From the NCBI GenBank assembly GCA_964364425.1, contig CAYIMB010000001.1, positions 6,941 to 70,940 on the forward strand: a stretch of 64,000 nucleotides of DNA, in the 5' to 3' direction. Positions 19,842 to 29,925 of the stretch are shown here, piece by piece (the first letter of the stretch is position 1; each line of letters starts with the position of its first letter). Position numbers and translations under genes: made by a program. This stretch comes from an uncultured Gammaproteobacteria bacterium (GTDB lineage: Bacteria; Patescibacteriota; Patescibacteriia; UBA9570; JBBTWU01). The notes under the pieces were generated by a model that saw only the letters and a program-made list of their open reading frames with translations, did not search any database and had not been told where the DNA came from.

Positions 19842-20798
19842 ATGGATTGGATCCTTTTGGTTGTCATTTTGTTGGTTGCCGGGGTAGTCTTGGCGGCCTT
19901 TGCGTTGCTGTTGAAACGCCTGAAAGGTTTGGAGCAAAAATTAGGCCCATCTGAAGGAGTTATGTTGTTGAACCAAAATGTTCAGGGTATGCAAACACGT
20001 TTGGACACCATTAACGAAGGTATTAATACCCGTTTGGATAAGGCTGCCAGCGTGATTGGCGCCATGAATAAAGAGTTGGGGACTATGTCAGAGATTGGTC
20101 GGGGGATGAAAGACTTGCAAGATTTTCTTCGTTCACCCAAGTTGCGCGGAAACATAGGCGAACAAATCATGCATGACTTATTGTCACAGCATTTTCCCCG
20201 ACAATACTTTGAAGTGCAATATAAATTTAAGAATGGACAAACGGTTGACGCTTTACTCAAAACAGATCAAGGCTTTATTTCCATTGACTCTAAGTTCCCC
20301 ATGGAGAATTTTATTCGTGCTGCTAAATCAGCCACGGAAGAGGAGCATGCTGGGCATTTACGCGAGTTTAAGAAGGATGTGAAGAAACACATTACGGACA
20401 TCTCTAAAAAATATATTTTGCCGGAAGAGGGGACTGTGGATTTTGCTCTCATGTATATTCCTTCCGAAGCCGTGTATTACGAAATTATTCGAGACGATAC
20501 GGATTTGAATCAGTTTGCCCAAGAAAAGAAAGTTTTGTTGGTTTCCCCCAATAGCTTTTTTTACTTTTTGAAAGTGTTGTTGATTGGGTTAGCTGGGAAA
20601 AAGATGGAAGAAAACGCACGTAACATTTTTCAGGTGTTACAAGCGGCACAAAAAGACATGACTAGATTTGGTGATGACTTGGCTGTTTTGGCTAGACACA
20701 TGAAGAATGCTGGTGGCATGCTGGAGCAAGTGCAGTTGGATCACCAGAAGTTGTCTTCTACTATGGACCAAGTGCATTTACTCAAACAAGGCGACTGA
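19842..20798 (+). CDS. rmuC: DNA recombination protein RmuC
   Basis: N-terminal TM helix, coiled coil, and the conserved RmuC region (LRSPKLRGNIGEQ). Confidence 0.85.
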   Translation: MDWILLVVILLVAGVVLAAFALLLKRLKGLEQKLGPSEGVMLLNQNVQGMQTRLDTINEGINTRLDKAASVIGAMNKELGTMSEIGRGMKDLQDFLRSPKLRGNIGEQIMHDLLSQHFPRQYFEVQYKFKNGQTVDALLKTDQGFISIDSKFPMENFIRAAKSATEEEHAGHLREFKKDVKKHITDISKKYILPEEGTVDFALMYIPSEAVYYEIIRDDTDLNQFAQEKKVLLVSPNSFFYFLKVLLIGLAGKKMEENARNIFQVLQAAQKDMTRFGDDLAVLARHMKNAGGMLEQVQLDHQKLSSTMDQVHLLKQGD

Positions 20799-20799
20799 T

Positions 20800-21480
20800 A
20801 TGCTCAAGTTAGAAGATTTATATGACATAGCCGGATGGGAGTGGGAGGATTTGTTTGACGGGGTCACTTACCCTTGGGAAGTATTGCCAAAAATAGAAGC
20901 ATATATTTGCAGAACATTACAACCAAAAAACTTGGGACAACTGGTTGGCCAACCGTTTATAGGGGTTGATGTGCAAATTGGGGCCGGAACTATCATAGAA
21001 CATGGAGCCGTCATTTACGGTCCAACTATTATTGGTGAAAATTGTGTGATTCGGGCTGGAGCTTATATTCGGGGCTGGGTTCTCATTGGCAATCAAGTAG
21101 TGGTTGGAAATTCTTCTGAGATTAAGAACGCTGTGGTGATGGATCAAACCGCTATTGCTCACTTTAATTACGTAGGTGACAGTATTTTGGGATTCCGTAG
21201 CCACTTAGGCGCCGGCGCCATTTTATCAAACTTAAAAATTCCGGTGGGCGAGATTGTCATCCAAACCCTGGAGGGTGCTTTTCCTACCGGTCTGACCAAA
21301 TGCGGAGCGTTTGTAGGGGATGATTGTGAGATTGGTTGTAATTCTGTGTTAAACCCCGGATCAATTGTTGGTCAGGGTTCAACCATCTATCCCCTGACTT
21401 CTTTCCGTGGAGTAGTTGGTCCGCAGAGCATTGTCAAGACTAAGCAAAGGCAAGAAACAGTCATTAAACAACAACGTTGA
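20800..21480 (+). CDS. Left-handed beta-helix (hexapeptide-repeat) transferase-like protein
   Basis: Tandem [LIV]GxxxxI hexapeptide repeats. The ATG at 20800 lies just after the rmuC stop; the ORF-track start at 20707 overlaps rmuC. Confidence 0.65.
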   Translation: MLKLEDLYDIAGWEWEDLFDGVTYPWEVLPKIEAYICRTLQPKNLGQLVGQPFIGVDVQIGAGTIIEHGAVIYGPTIIGENCVIRAGAYIRGWVLIGNQVVVGNSSEIKNAVVMDQTAIAHFNYVGDSILGFRSHLGAGAILSNLKIPVGEIVIQTLEGAFPTGLTKCGAFVGDDCEIGCNSVLNPGSIVGQGSTIYPLTSFRGVVGPQSIVKTKQRQETVIKQQR

Positions 21481-21483
21481 CTT

Positions 21484-23160
21484 ATGCCAGGAGGGATTTC
21501 AGAATTAGCCGTGGTCATGGGCTTGGCTGCTGTGTTGGGAATTATTCTTCGTCTATTTAAACAACCGTTAATTTTGGCGTATGTAGCGACCGGAGCTTGC
21601 ATAGGCTTATTTGGATTATTCCAGCTTCCGGACAAAGAAACATTTCAAATCTTTTCAGATCTAGGTATTATGTTTCTCCTGTTCTTGGTTGGATTGGAGA
21701 TGAATTATGCTTCACTCAAGGTGGTAGGCAAGGCTTCCATCATAGTTGGGCTAGCGCAGATTATGTTAACCGCCCTGATTGCCTTGGGGATTGCCCTGAT
21801 CTTCCGCTTCAGCTTACTTGAGTCTGCCTACATCAGTGCAGCTTTGACCTTCTCCAGCACTATTATTGTAGTGAAGTATCTTTCGGATAAAAAGGACGTA
21901 AATAGTCTGTATGGAAAAATCAGTGTTGGGGTGTTATTGGTCCAAGACGCGGTGGCTATTTTGACTCTGTTTTTCCTGACTAGCTTTTTAACCGAATCAG
22001 CCGTTCAGGTGACGCAAGCCTTGACCACTATTGGTTTTGGAATTCTGTTATTCATGTGTATTTTCTTGATTGGACGGTTTTTGTTGCCACCGCTGATGCG
22101 CTCAATTGGGCGTTCTCCCGAATTAGTCTTTGTGGTCAGCTTAGCGTGGTTATTTCTAGTGGTGGGCGCAGTGCACCAACTAGGATTTTCTTTAGAAATT
22201 GGAGGCTTTTTGGCTGGTGTCGCCTTGGCCCAAAGCGCAGAACACATGCAGATTGCTCACCGCATAGGAGCTTTGCGCGACTTTTTTCTCCTCATCTTCT
22301 TTGTCATCCTTGGCTCCTCCTTAATCTATGCTGACTTTCAGGGGTTGTTTGTTCCCATTCTCACACTCACCCTATTTGTACTGATAGGCAAACCGTTAGC
22401 CGTCATGGGAATTATGGGCTTCTTGGGGTATAGAAAACGAACCAGCTGGTTGACCAGTGTAACTCTTGGACAGGTGTCTGAGTTCAGTTTAATTTTGGTT
22501 GCGTTAGGCTTGCAACTTGAACATATCTCAAACCAAGTGGTGAGCCTGGTGACCGCTGTAGCTATTTTGACTATTACTTTTTCCACGTATGAAATGATGT
22601 ACGCAGATAAAGTGGCCAACAAGCTTTCCAGCCTTTTATCTGTGTTTGAAAGAAAGGTGACCAAGGAACCGCATTGGTCAACACAGAAAATTAAGAAGCC
22701 AATTATCTTGATTGGCGCTCACCGGACTGGCCAAAGTATTTTGGCTAACCTACCCATGGAGGAAGCCTTGGTCATAGATTTTGACCCTGAATTAATACAG
22801 CATTTAAAACAACGCGGATATAAAACTTTATTTGGAGATATTAGTGACCCAGAAGTTTTTGAAGCAGCTAGGTTTGGTCAAGCAGAATTAGTCATCTCAA
22901 CCAGCCCAGATATTGAAGACAATGTGTTACTGTTAGAAAAAATTCGGAAGCTGAGACGTCACCCCTTAGTTATTTTACGGGCAGAAACAGAGCGAGAAGC
23001 TGAAGTACTGTATAAACAAGGCGCGGACTACGTGCTCCTCCCGCACTTTACCTCCGGATATTACATTGGCCTAGCCTTGTCCAAGAATCGCACAGCCAAA
23101 AAACTCCATGCTTTGAGGAAAAAAGACGAAAAAATGTTGAACTTACAGGTCGTGTCCTGA
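21484..23160 (+). CDS. Cation:proton antiporter (CPA2/Kef-type) with C-terminal RCK/TrkA-N domain
   Basis: About 12 TM helices followed by a Rossmann-like RCK domain. Confidence 0.8.
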   Translation: MPGGISELAVVMGLAAVLGIILRLFKQPLILAYVATGACIGLFGLFQLPDKETFQIFSDLGIMFLLFLVGLEMNYASLKVVGKASIIVGLAQIMLTALIALGIALIFRFSLLESAYISAALTFSSTIIVVKYLSDKKDVNSLYGKISVGVLLVQDAVAILTLFFLTSFLTESAVQVTQALTTIGFGILLFMCIFLIGRFLLPPLMRSIGRSPELVFVVSLAWLFLVVGAVHQLGFSLEIGGFLAGVALAQSAEHMQIAHRIGALRDFFLLIFFVILGSSLIYADFQGLFVPILTLTLFVLIGKPLAVMGIMGFLGYRKRTSWLTSVTLGQVSEFSLILVALGLQLEHISNQVVSLVTAVAILTITFSTYEMMYADKVANKLSSLLSVFERKVTKEPHWSTQKIKKPIILIGAHRTGQSILANLPMEEALVIDFDPELIQHLKQRGYKTLFGDISDPEVFEAARFGQAELVISTSPDIEDNVLLLEKIRKLRRHPLVILRAETEREAEVLYKQGADYVLLPHFTSGYYIGLALSKNRTAKKLHALRKKDEKMLNLQVVS

Positions 23161-24732
23161 GTAAGACAGGTTGAAGGATTTATTGCACAGGGGGAAATCA
23201 GGAATGATATTACCTAATACACACCAGGCCAGAGCATCCCAGTTGTGGAAGCCGGCGTCTCTGATTTTTACCCGGTTAATTTTACCTTGAGAATCAGTCA
23301 TCACCACATACTGTAATTCACCCCTATTTGATTCCACACAGCTCCAACCAAAACTATTCGGGTTAAGGTCTACGCTCGTTTGTATTTCGCCAGCTTGTTT
23401 TAAGCCCGACAAGCACTGTTCTATGATGTGAATGGATTCAAGCAATTCATCCCGGCGCAGAAGGAAGCGAGCCAGCACATCTCCTTCTTTTCTGACTGGA
23501 ACGGTAAATTGGATTTTGGCGTATTGCCAGGTGGGAAAGTCTCGTCTGGCATCAATATGTATGCCTGAAGCCCGGGCTCCAACCCCAACAACTCCTAAAT
23601 CTTCAGCCACCTGTTTCTTCAATAGGCCGGTTGTTTCCAAGCGGTCAAGAGCACTAGGCATGGCCAAAACAATCTTTAGAATCTCATTCATTTCTGCAGC
23701 AATGCGTTTGAGCTCAGCCAGCAAGCGGTGTTGCTGGTCTTGGGTAAGGTCTTGTTTCACCCCGCCTAGAGTATTTACTCCCCGTAAAAATCGACTTCCC
23801 GTCAGCTCACGGTTGAGTTCAAGTAATTGTTCACGTAAGCGCCAGAGTTGGGAAGCGCCAAAATTGCAACCAATACCAACATTCATGTTGGCCAGGTCAT
23901 GCAAGTGAGTGTTCACCCGCTCTAGCTCCAGGAAAATCATGCGCAACCATTGGGCTCTGATGGGAATAGTCACACCCGCGGCATCTTCTACAGCAGCACA
24001 CAGCCCTGCGGAGTGGGCTATACTGTTGTCGCCAGAGATTTGTTCACTTAAATGGAGCCACTTGTCCTGGGGTAGGTGTTCAAACAATTTTTCCACCCCC
24101 CGGTGTTTCCAGCCAAGACGAATTTCTAAGTTCTGAATAGGTTCTCCGGCCACTTGGAAACGGAAATGGCCTGGTTCAATCACACCAGCGTGAATGGGGC
24201 CCACCGGAACCTCATATATTCCTTCACCCTCATAGCGTTTAAATGGATATGGTCTGGCGTCAGGCGTGCGTTTGACCGGAGCGTTCCAAGCCACATCTTT
24301 GCGTAAAGGAAAAAAGTCCGTCGGCCAATCACTGTGAGCAATGACAGATTTTAGTTCTGGGTGGTTGGAGGGAATCAAACCAAACATATCCCAAATATCC
24401 CGCTCATACCTGGCGGCAGCTACAGACAGGGCGGCGAGGCTGTGGTATTCAGATGATTGTTCCGGAACAACTGTACGTAGGATCAAGATCGATTTTTCTG
24501 CGTCTACTGACCAGATCAAGTACAGTCCAAACCCCTTGCTCTGAACACGTTCGTCCGTAGCAAAGTAATTAGACACGCGGGCGTGGGTGAAGGTTCGCTT
24601 CACGGCTGAAGCCACTTGGTACCACGTCTCAACGGGAACGGTGAATTGGTAACGGTCACCGTTCTGCTCAATACTTTGAGCCAAGTGCGGCCAATCCGCT
24701 AAGGTTTTGTTGAGTTGGTCAACCAGTGTCAT
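23143..24732 (-). CDS. Fused NuoC/NuoD-like (HycE/HyfG-like) large subunit without Ni-Fe ligand cysteines
   Basis: NuoC-like N-terminus (ERYERDIWDMFGL) and large-subunit core (GPIHAGVIEPGHFRF...WKHRGVEKL). The L1 motif reads QISGDNS in place of R-x-CGxC-G, and the C-terminus reads DFPLCNKS in place of DPCxxC. Confidence 0.85.
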   Translation of the reverse strand: MTLVDQLNKTLADWPHLAQSIEQNGDRYQFTVPVETWYQVASAVKRTFTHARVSNYFATDERVQSKGFGLYLIWSVDAEKSILILRTVVPEQSSEYHSLAALSVAAARYERDIWDMFGLIPSNHPELKSVIAHSDWPTDFFPLRKDVAWNAPVKRTPDARPYPFKRYEGEGIYEVPVGPIHAGVIEPGHFRFQVAGEPIQNLEIRLGWKHRGVEKLFEHLPQDKWLHLSEQISGDNSIAHSAGLCAAVEDAAGVTIPIRAQWLRMIFLELERVNTHLHDLANMNVGIGCNFGASQLWRLREQLLELNRELTGSRFLRGVNTLGGVKQDLTQDQQHRLLAELKRIAAEMNEILKIVLAMPSALDRLETTGLLKKQVAEDLGVVGVGARASGIHIDARRDFPTWQYAKIQFTVPVRKEGDVLARFLLRRDELLESIHIIEQCLSGLKQAGEIQTSVDLNPNSFGWSCVESNRGELQYVVMTDSQGKINRVKIRDAGFHNWDALAWCVLGNIIPDFPLCNKSFNLSYSGHDL

Positions 24733-24736
24733 AGAG

Positions 24737-26242
24737 TTAGTAGTTTAATACCAGTTCGGTTAATTTAGCCAGGTATACGGTAAGGCCCAACGGCAGCATG
24801 AGGCCAAGTCCCAGCATGAGCGTTCCGTTTAAGATCATAGCCGCACTGTTCCAAGCTGAAATGCGTACACCTTCCGGAGTATGAACGTGACCATTGTCAT
24901 CCGTTGTGTCTGATACCGGTTTGTGGTTAAACACCAAGCGCATGAGGTTGTATAAGAATCCGACAAAGACAATGACCAACAGGCCCAAGAGCAGCCAGAG
25001 CATCCACCCAGGTGCGTCACTGAGCCCCCAGAGTAAACTAAACTTGCTCAGGAAAATACTGAACGGGGGGAATCCGGTCATGGCCACGGCTGCCAGCATA
25101 AGAGCTAGGCCGGTCATGGGCATAACCTTCATTAAATTTGAAATGTTGGGGATTTTGGTTGATTGGTATTTTAGGAGCACATTTCCGGCGGCAAAGAAAG
25201 AAAAACTTTTGGCAATAGAATGGTTAATGACTTGGAATAAAGCGGCAAAGACACCAAGCGGGGTGGCGAGCGCTAAGCCAATCACAATCAAACCCATGTT
25301 CTCTATGGAACTATAGGCAAACAAACGTTTGTAGTTGTTCTGTCTGAGCAAAGACAGAGCAGCAATCCCTACAGACAAGAAACCTAAAATATACAGTAAT
25401 GTTCCGGTAAATTCTGTGCCTACGGATAAGTCTGAAATCATTTTAACCCTAATCAGAGCAAATAACGCTACGTTGAGCAACACAGCTGAAAGGAGTGCGC
25501 TGATTGGAGTAGGAGCTTTACCATGCGCATCTGGCAACCACGTGTGCATAGGCACCAAACCAATTTTGGTGCCGTATCCAATCAACAAGAAGACAAAGGC
25601 AATTTTGACTAATTCAGGGTTTAACTCACTGCCTAAACTGTGTAAGTGTGTCCACAGGAGTGTGCTGGCTTCTTCTCCTCCGGCGTTTAACCCAGAGAAG
25701 TAGAGCAGCACTGTTCCGGCCAAGGCTAAGGTCAGGCCTACCGAGCTCATGATGACGTACTTCCAAGCGGCCTCAATGCTTTGTTTGTGTCTGTAAATGC
25801 CAACTAAGAATGCGCTAGCTAAGGTTGTTGCTTCAACACCCACCCAGAGTAAGCCTAAGTTGTTGCTACTCACAGCTAAACTCATGGCCAACAAAAAGAC
25901 GTTGTACAAGACGTAATACAATTTCACCTGTCTGGCGTCCATTTCCTGTTGTGCCTCTTCTGTTTTCACATACCCAATAGAGTACAAAGTGACGGAGAAA
26001 CCAATGAACGCAATTAACGCCAAGAAGAAGAATGACAGGGGATCAATGTATAACAAATCACCAAACAACCCCAGACTTTGGTCTACACTCACCACCTCCC
26101 GGTACAAGAAATACATACTCCCAATAGACACCAGACTTGAAGCTAAAGTGGCTGTCTCAAAGATGACCCGTTTCCGTGTGGCCAAACACACCAGCGCGGC
26201 AACCAGTGGAGCAATCAGATATAACCAGTAGACAAGTGTCAT
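24737..26242 (-). CDS. NuoM/N / HyfF-like antiporter-type membrane subunit
   Basis: About 14 TM helices and the Mrp/NuoLMN antiporter-family pattern. Confidence 0.8.
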   Translation of the reverse strand: MTLVYWLYLIAPLVAALVCLATRKRVIFETATLASSLVSIGSMYFLYREVVSVDQSLGLFGDLLYIDPLSFFFLALIAFIGFSVTLYSIGYVKTEEAQQEMDARQVKLYYVLYNVFLLAMSLAVSSNNLGLLWVGVEATTLASAFLVGIYRHKQSIEAAWKYVIMSSVGLTLALAGTVLLYFSGLNAGGEEASTLLWTHLHSLGSELNPELVKIAFVFLLIGYGTKIGLVPMHTWLPDAHGKAPTPISALLSAVLLNVALFALIRVKMISDLSVGTEFTGTLLYILGFLSVGIAALSLLRQNNYKRLFAYSSIENMGLIVIGLALATPLGVFAALFQVINHSIAKSFSFFAAGNVLLKYQSTKIPNISNLMKVMPMTGLALMLAAVAMTGFPPFSIFLSKFSLLWGLSDAPGWMLWLLLGLLVIVFVGFLYNLMRLVFNHKPVSDTTDDNGHVHTPEGVRISAWNSAAMILNGTLMLGLGLMLPLGLTVYLAKLTELVLNY

Positions 26243-26243
26243 A

Positions 26244-26894
26244 TTAGTCTTCCTTCAACTCACTTAATTTTTCTGTATCTGTGGAGTGCATGAGTGTATT
26301 CATCCGGGCGGTCAACAGAGAGAGAATGGTAATGCCTAAGACCACATCTACCAATAGGCCTAGTTCCACCACCGCCGGTAAGCCTAACGTTGTGGCTATG
26401 GCTAACAAGAATACACCGTTTTCCAAAACTAGAAAGCCAACCATCTGACTCAAAGCTGCGCGTTGTGAAATGACCATCAGGAAGCCCAAGAAGATCAAAG
26501 ACATGGCCACCACCAACTGCCACTCACCATGGGGTGAAATAACTGAAGCAACGGGCTGGACAATAAAGTAGGAGAACACAATCAGTAAGCCGCCAATTAA
26601 GGCGATTGGCGCCGGGTTAATGACCGTTGGGGCTTTCAGGGCCGGTTTCAGACGCTTCAACAACAGGAGCAATCCACAGGGGATAGCCACAGCCTTTACT
26701 CCAATGGTGAGTAAAGCGGTCAGCCACAGGTGTTGTTGTCCTAAGTTCACCGCCACAAGGATGGTAATGATGCCAACTAGCGCGGCCTGTCCAATATATA
26801 AGTAGACTTGTGATCTAAAGATTGGCCTGACCAGCATGATCAAGGTAATAAACAGAACTAAACCGGTAAACCATTGAATAAAGTCAGTTATCAT
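26244..26894 (-). CDS. HyfE-like small membrane subunit
   Basis: 216 aa, polytopic, in the position of hyfE between the HyfC-like and HyfF-like genes. Confidence 0.6.
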   Translation of the reverse strand: MITDFIQWFTGLVLFITLIMLVRPIFRSQVYLYIGQAALVGIITILVAVNLGQQHLWLTALLTIGVKAVAIPCGLLLLLKRLKPALKAPTVINPAPIALIGGLLIVFSYFIVQPVASVISPHGEWQLVVAMSLIFLGFLMVISQRAALSQMVGFLVLENGVFLLAIATTLGLPAVVELGLLVDVVLGITILSLLTARMNTLMHSTDTEKLSELKED

Positions 26895-27838
26895 AAGCTT
26901 GCAAAGAGTTGAGTTACTAGGGCAATCATGGCCACCACCCAGCCCATACCCAGGAGTGCCGGTACTCTGAGCAAGCGCATTTTAGCCATAGAAGACTCCA
27001 CCAAGGCAATGAGGATAGCTAAGATGAACACTTTTCCTAACCAGAGGACTGTCCCAAGCAACACTGCGCTTAACGTCCACTCCGTAGCCATGCCCCAAGG
27101 CACAACTAAGCTAGCCAAAATGCTCAACATCACCGTGAGTTTAGTCATACTCCCAATCTCCATTAAGGCCAGGTTTTTTCCGGAATTTTCCAAGATCATG
27201 GCTTCATGTACCATGGTGAGCTCTAAGTGTGTGGTTGGGTTATCAAAGGGATAACGGGCATTTTCCGCCAGGGTGATGAGGAAAAAAGACAAGAAGACCA
27301 AAATCAAGGCTGGGTCTAACCAGGCATGTGGGGTGCCTAAGACATGACTGATTATTTCCCCAGGGTAGGTAGATCCTCCGGTCAAGGCTAAAGCAAACAA
27401 GGCAGTAATAAAGACTGGTTCAGCCAAGGCGCTGATCATGGCCTCTCTAGAAGAACCCATGCCTCCAAAGGTCGTCCCTGCGTCCAAGCCGGACAGGACC
27501 AAGAAAGCAGTACCCAGGACCAGAATAAAACCGACAAAAATCATATCAGCCTGAGCGCCAAGGTTGGTGACGTTTGGAAGTAAAAATGCAGCTGTTGCGG
27601 TGGTTCCAAACACCATATATGGGGCGAGTTTAAACACCCAGGAGGTCACATCAGACACCACAGCATCTTTACGGATAAATTTGAGAATATCTCGGTATCC
27701 CTGGAGCAAGGGAGCGCCAACGCGTCCTTGCAGACGAGCTTTGACTTTACGTATAACCCCCGTGACCAGAGGCGCAACGGTCAGCAGCAGCAGACCTTGA
27801 GCGAGAGAAATCAGAATGGCTTGTGTTGTCTGAGTCAT
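26891..27838 (-). CDS. NuoH / HycD / HyfC-like membrane subunit
   Basis: N-terminal GxIRKxKARLQGRxGxPLLQxYRDxLK signature. Confidence 0.85.
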   Translation of the reverse strand: MTQTTQAILISLAQGLLLLTVAPLVTGVIRKVKARLQGRVGAPLLQGYRDILKFIRKDAVVSDVTSWVFKLAPYMVFGTTATAAFLLPNVTNLGAQADMIFVGFILVLGTAFLVLSGLDAGTTFGGMGSSREAMISALAEPVFITALFALALTGGSTYPGEIISHVLGTPHAWLDPALILVFLSFFLITLAENARYPFDNPTTHLELTMVHEAMILENSGKNLALMEIGSMTKLTVMLSILASLVVPWGMATEWTLSAVLLGTVLWLGKVFILAILIALVESSMAKMRLLRVPALLGMGWVVAMIALVTQLFASL

Positions 27839-29925
27839 ATCGTTTTGGCTAACAACAGGAGAGCAATTAACGCCAGCATCATGTAAGTGAGGTAACTATA
27901 GATGTGACCGGATTGTACTTTTTTTACGGAGTTGCCTAAGCGAATGGAAAACCGGGTGATGGGTCTGACCACATAGTCATCAAAGAAGGCCAACGTGTGG
28001 ACTGAATATGAACGGACATGCCAGAAGTAAAAGTTATCCTGCCCTTTGGTCACATGGACTTGTTCTTTAGGACGCAAGAAATAGCGCAAGGCATGCCGCA
28101 CAGGGCTGGTAAACCCAAGGCCTGAATATTGCATGCGTTCATTTAGGGGAGAACCGCAATCCCAAGACGGGCCTTTGACCACTCTGTTTTTCCCTCCCAC
28201 TAATTTCAAGATAATCCAAGCCAGTAGCATCAAGCCAAGCAGAAATACCAGAACCGTCCAAGCGCTGTTTCCAAATGAGACTGTTCCAGTGAGCTGTGCT
28301 TGATAGCTGAGGGTGGTTAGTGGCTCCAGTAGGTCAATAACGTTTGATCCAGCCGCTTGTTTTGTGATCCCCCAAAATTTAGGTAGACGTGCCAGTGTAT
28401 CTAGGACCTCACCCATGCCAAGCGAGATGCCTAAGGCACCTGCCGCCAAGACCAGCATAGAAATACGCATAGACAAAGGAGTTTTAGCCGGTGTAGGAAT
28501 ACCAGCGTCATGGGGTGTCCGGTTCCGGCCTAAGAACACAATTCCAAACATACGGGTGAAGACCACAAAGGCTAAGCCTGCGGCAAAAGCCAGGGCTCCT
28601 AAAATAAGAGGAAAGATAAAGCGCGCTCCCATACTTCCGGTCATAAAACCCTGTAACAACGTTTGTAGCATGAGCCACTCAGAGGCAAATACGCTGAGTG
28701 GAGGAAGGCCCATTAACCCAATTGCACCAACCAAGAAGATCATGGAAGTCAGAGGCAATACTTTGGCCACCCCACCTAGTAAATCCATAGACCTGGTGTG
28801 GAAGGAAAAATACACACTCCCCGCACCCAAGAATAATAACGATTTAAGCACCGCATGATTTACCGTATGCAGCAACGCAGCAATAATTGCTACGTGGGCA
28901 ATGGCCGGTTTCCCAATTGAGGTAAAATACATAGCCGCACCCAAGCCAATAAAAATAATTCCAATATTCTCTATAGAAGAGAAGGCTAAGGCTTTTTTCA
29001 TGTCGCGGCGTTCAATGGCATAAAACACGCCCACCAAAGCAGAAATTCCACCTAAGGCCATGACCAACAGCCCCCACCAGGGAGACATGACTTCCAACAT
29101 GCTTAAACCAAATACGCGGAAGAAGCCATACACCGCTACTTTTAACATCACTCCGGACATCAAGGCGGAAATATGCGACGGGGCTTGTGGGTGTGCTTCC
29201 GGCAACCACATATGCATGGGGACTAAGCCGGCTTTTGTTCCGAAGCCTAAAACTAAGAGGATAAAAGCAAAGGTGGCCATGCCCGGGGTCAGAAATCCGC
29301 CCACGCCCGTCCAATCGTTAAAAAACAGAGATCCGCTGTTATATGAGAAAATAATAAACACGGCCATCAAGAATGCGGTGCCAATCTGCGTCATAATGGC
29401 ATAGATAAATCCGGCTGGTCGGGCTTTGGCGTGGGAGTGTTGGTACACCACCAGCGCAAACGAAGTGAGCGCCATGATTTCCCAGGCAAATAAGAAAGTA
29501 AGAGCATGGGAGGCCACTAAGACCAAGGCCATAGACGCAATAAACCAGTTGGTCATGGCTCCTAGCCAGCCAAGACTATGGTGGCCAATATAGAGCTTGG
29601 CGTACCCAATTCCGTATAAGCTAGTAACAGCGGCTATACCACCCAGAAGTAGCAAAAATAGGCCAGAAAAGGCATCTATATGGATAGATCCTTGGCCAAA
29701 AATGAGGAAATAGGGAAGAGAAAAGGCTTTGTCTTGAGCGGCTTGATGTAAGGCTGTATATCCAACCAGAGCTAAGACCACGCCTCCTACCACGCCTCCC
29801 CAACCACTCACCCAGCGGGACAACACTTGGGCACGGCTACATACCAAAGCAAACGCCCCAGACGCCACTAAGATGCCTAGACTGGTGGTAAAAAGTGCCA
29901 GATTTGAGCTCCCAACCTGTATCAT
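27835..29925 (-). CDS. NuoL / HyfB-like antiporter-type membrane subunit
   Basis: 696 aa, about 17 TM helices, antiporter-family core. Confidence 0.8.
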   Translation of the reverse strand: MIQVGSSNLALFTTSLGILVASGAFALVCSRAQVLSRWVSGWGGVVGGVVLALVGYTALHQAAQDKAFSLPYFLIFGQGSIHIDAFSGLFLLLLGGIAAVTSLYGIGYAKLYIGHHSLGWLGAMTNWFIASMALVLVASHALTFLFAWEIMALTSFALVVYQHSHAKARPAGFIYAIMTQIGTAFLMAVFIIFSYNSGSLFFNDWTGVGGFLTPGMATFAFILLVLGFGTKAGLVPMHMWLPEAHPQAPSHISALMSGVMLKVAVYGFFRVFGLSMLEVMSPWWGLLVMALGGISALVGVFYAIERRDMKKALAFSSIENIGIIFIGLGAAMYFTSIGKPAIAHVAIIAALLHTVNHAVLKSLLFLGAGSVYFSFHTRSMDLLGGVAKVLPLTSMIFLVGAIGLMGLPPLSVFASEWLMLQTLLQGFMTGSMGARFIFPLILGALAFAAGLAFVVFTRMFGIVFLGRNRTPHDAGIPTPAKTPLSMRISMLVLAAGALGISLGMGEVLDTLARLPKFWGITKQAAGSNVIDLLEPLTTLSYQAQLTGTVSFGNSAWTVLVFLLGLMLLAWIILKLVGGKNRVVKGPSWDCGSPLNERMQYSGLGFTSPVRHALRYFLRPKEQVHVTKGQDNFYFWHVRSYSVHTLAFFDDYVVRPITRFSIRLGNSVKKVQSGHIYSYLTYMMLALIALLLLAKTI

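Noticed and set aside
20707-20799. Upstream extension of the hexapeptide-repeat gene overlapping rmuC
   Set aside because: The extension has no protein-like sequence and overlaps rmuC by 92 nt. The ATG at 20800 directly follows the rmuC stop.
23143-24732. Calling the large subunit a [NiFe] hydrogenase (HycE/HyfG)
   Set aside because: The family assignment is sound, but the Ni-Fe ligand cysteines in both the L1 and L2 motifs are replaced, so a functional hydrogenase call is not supported.
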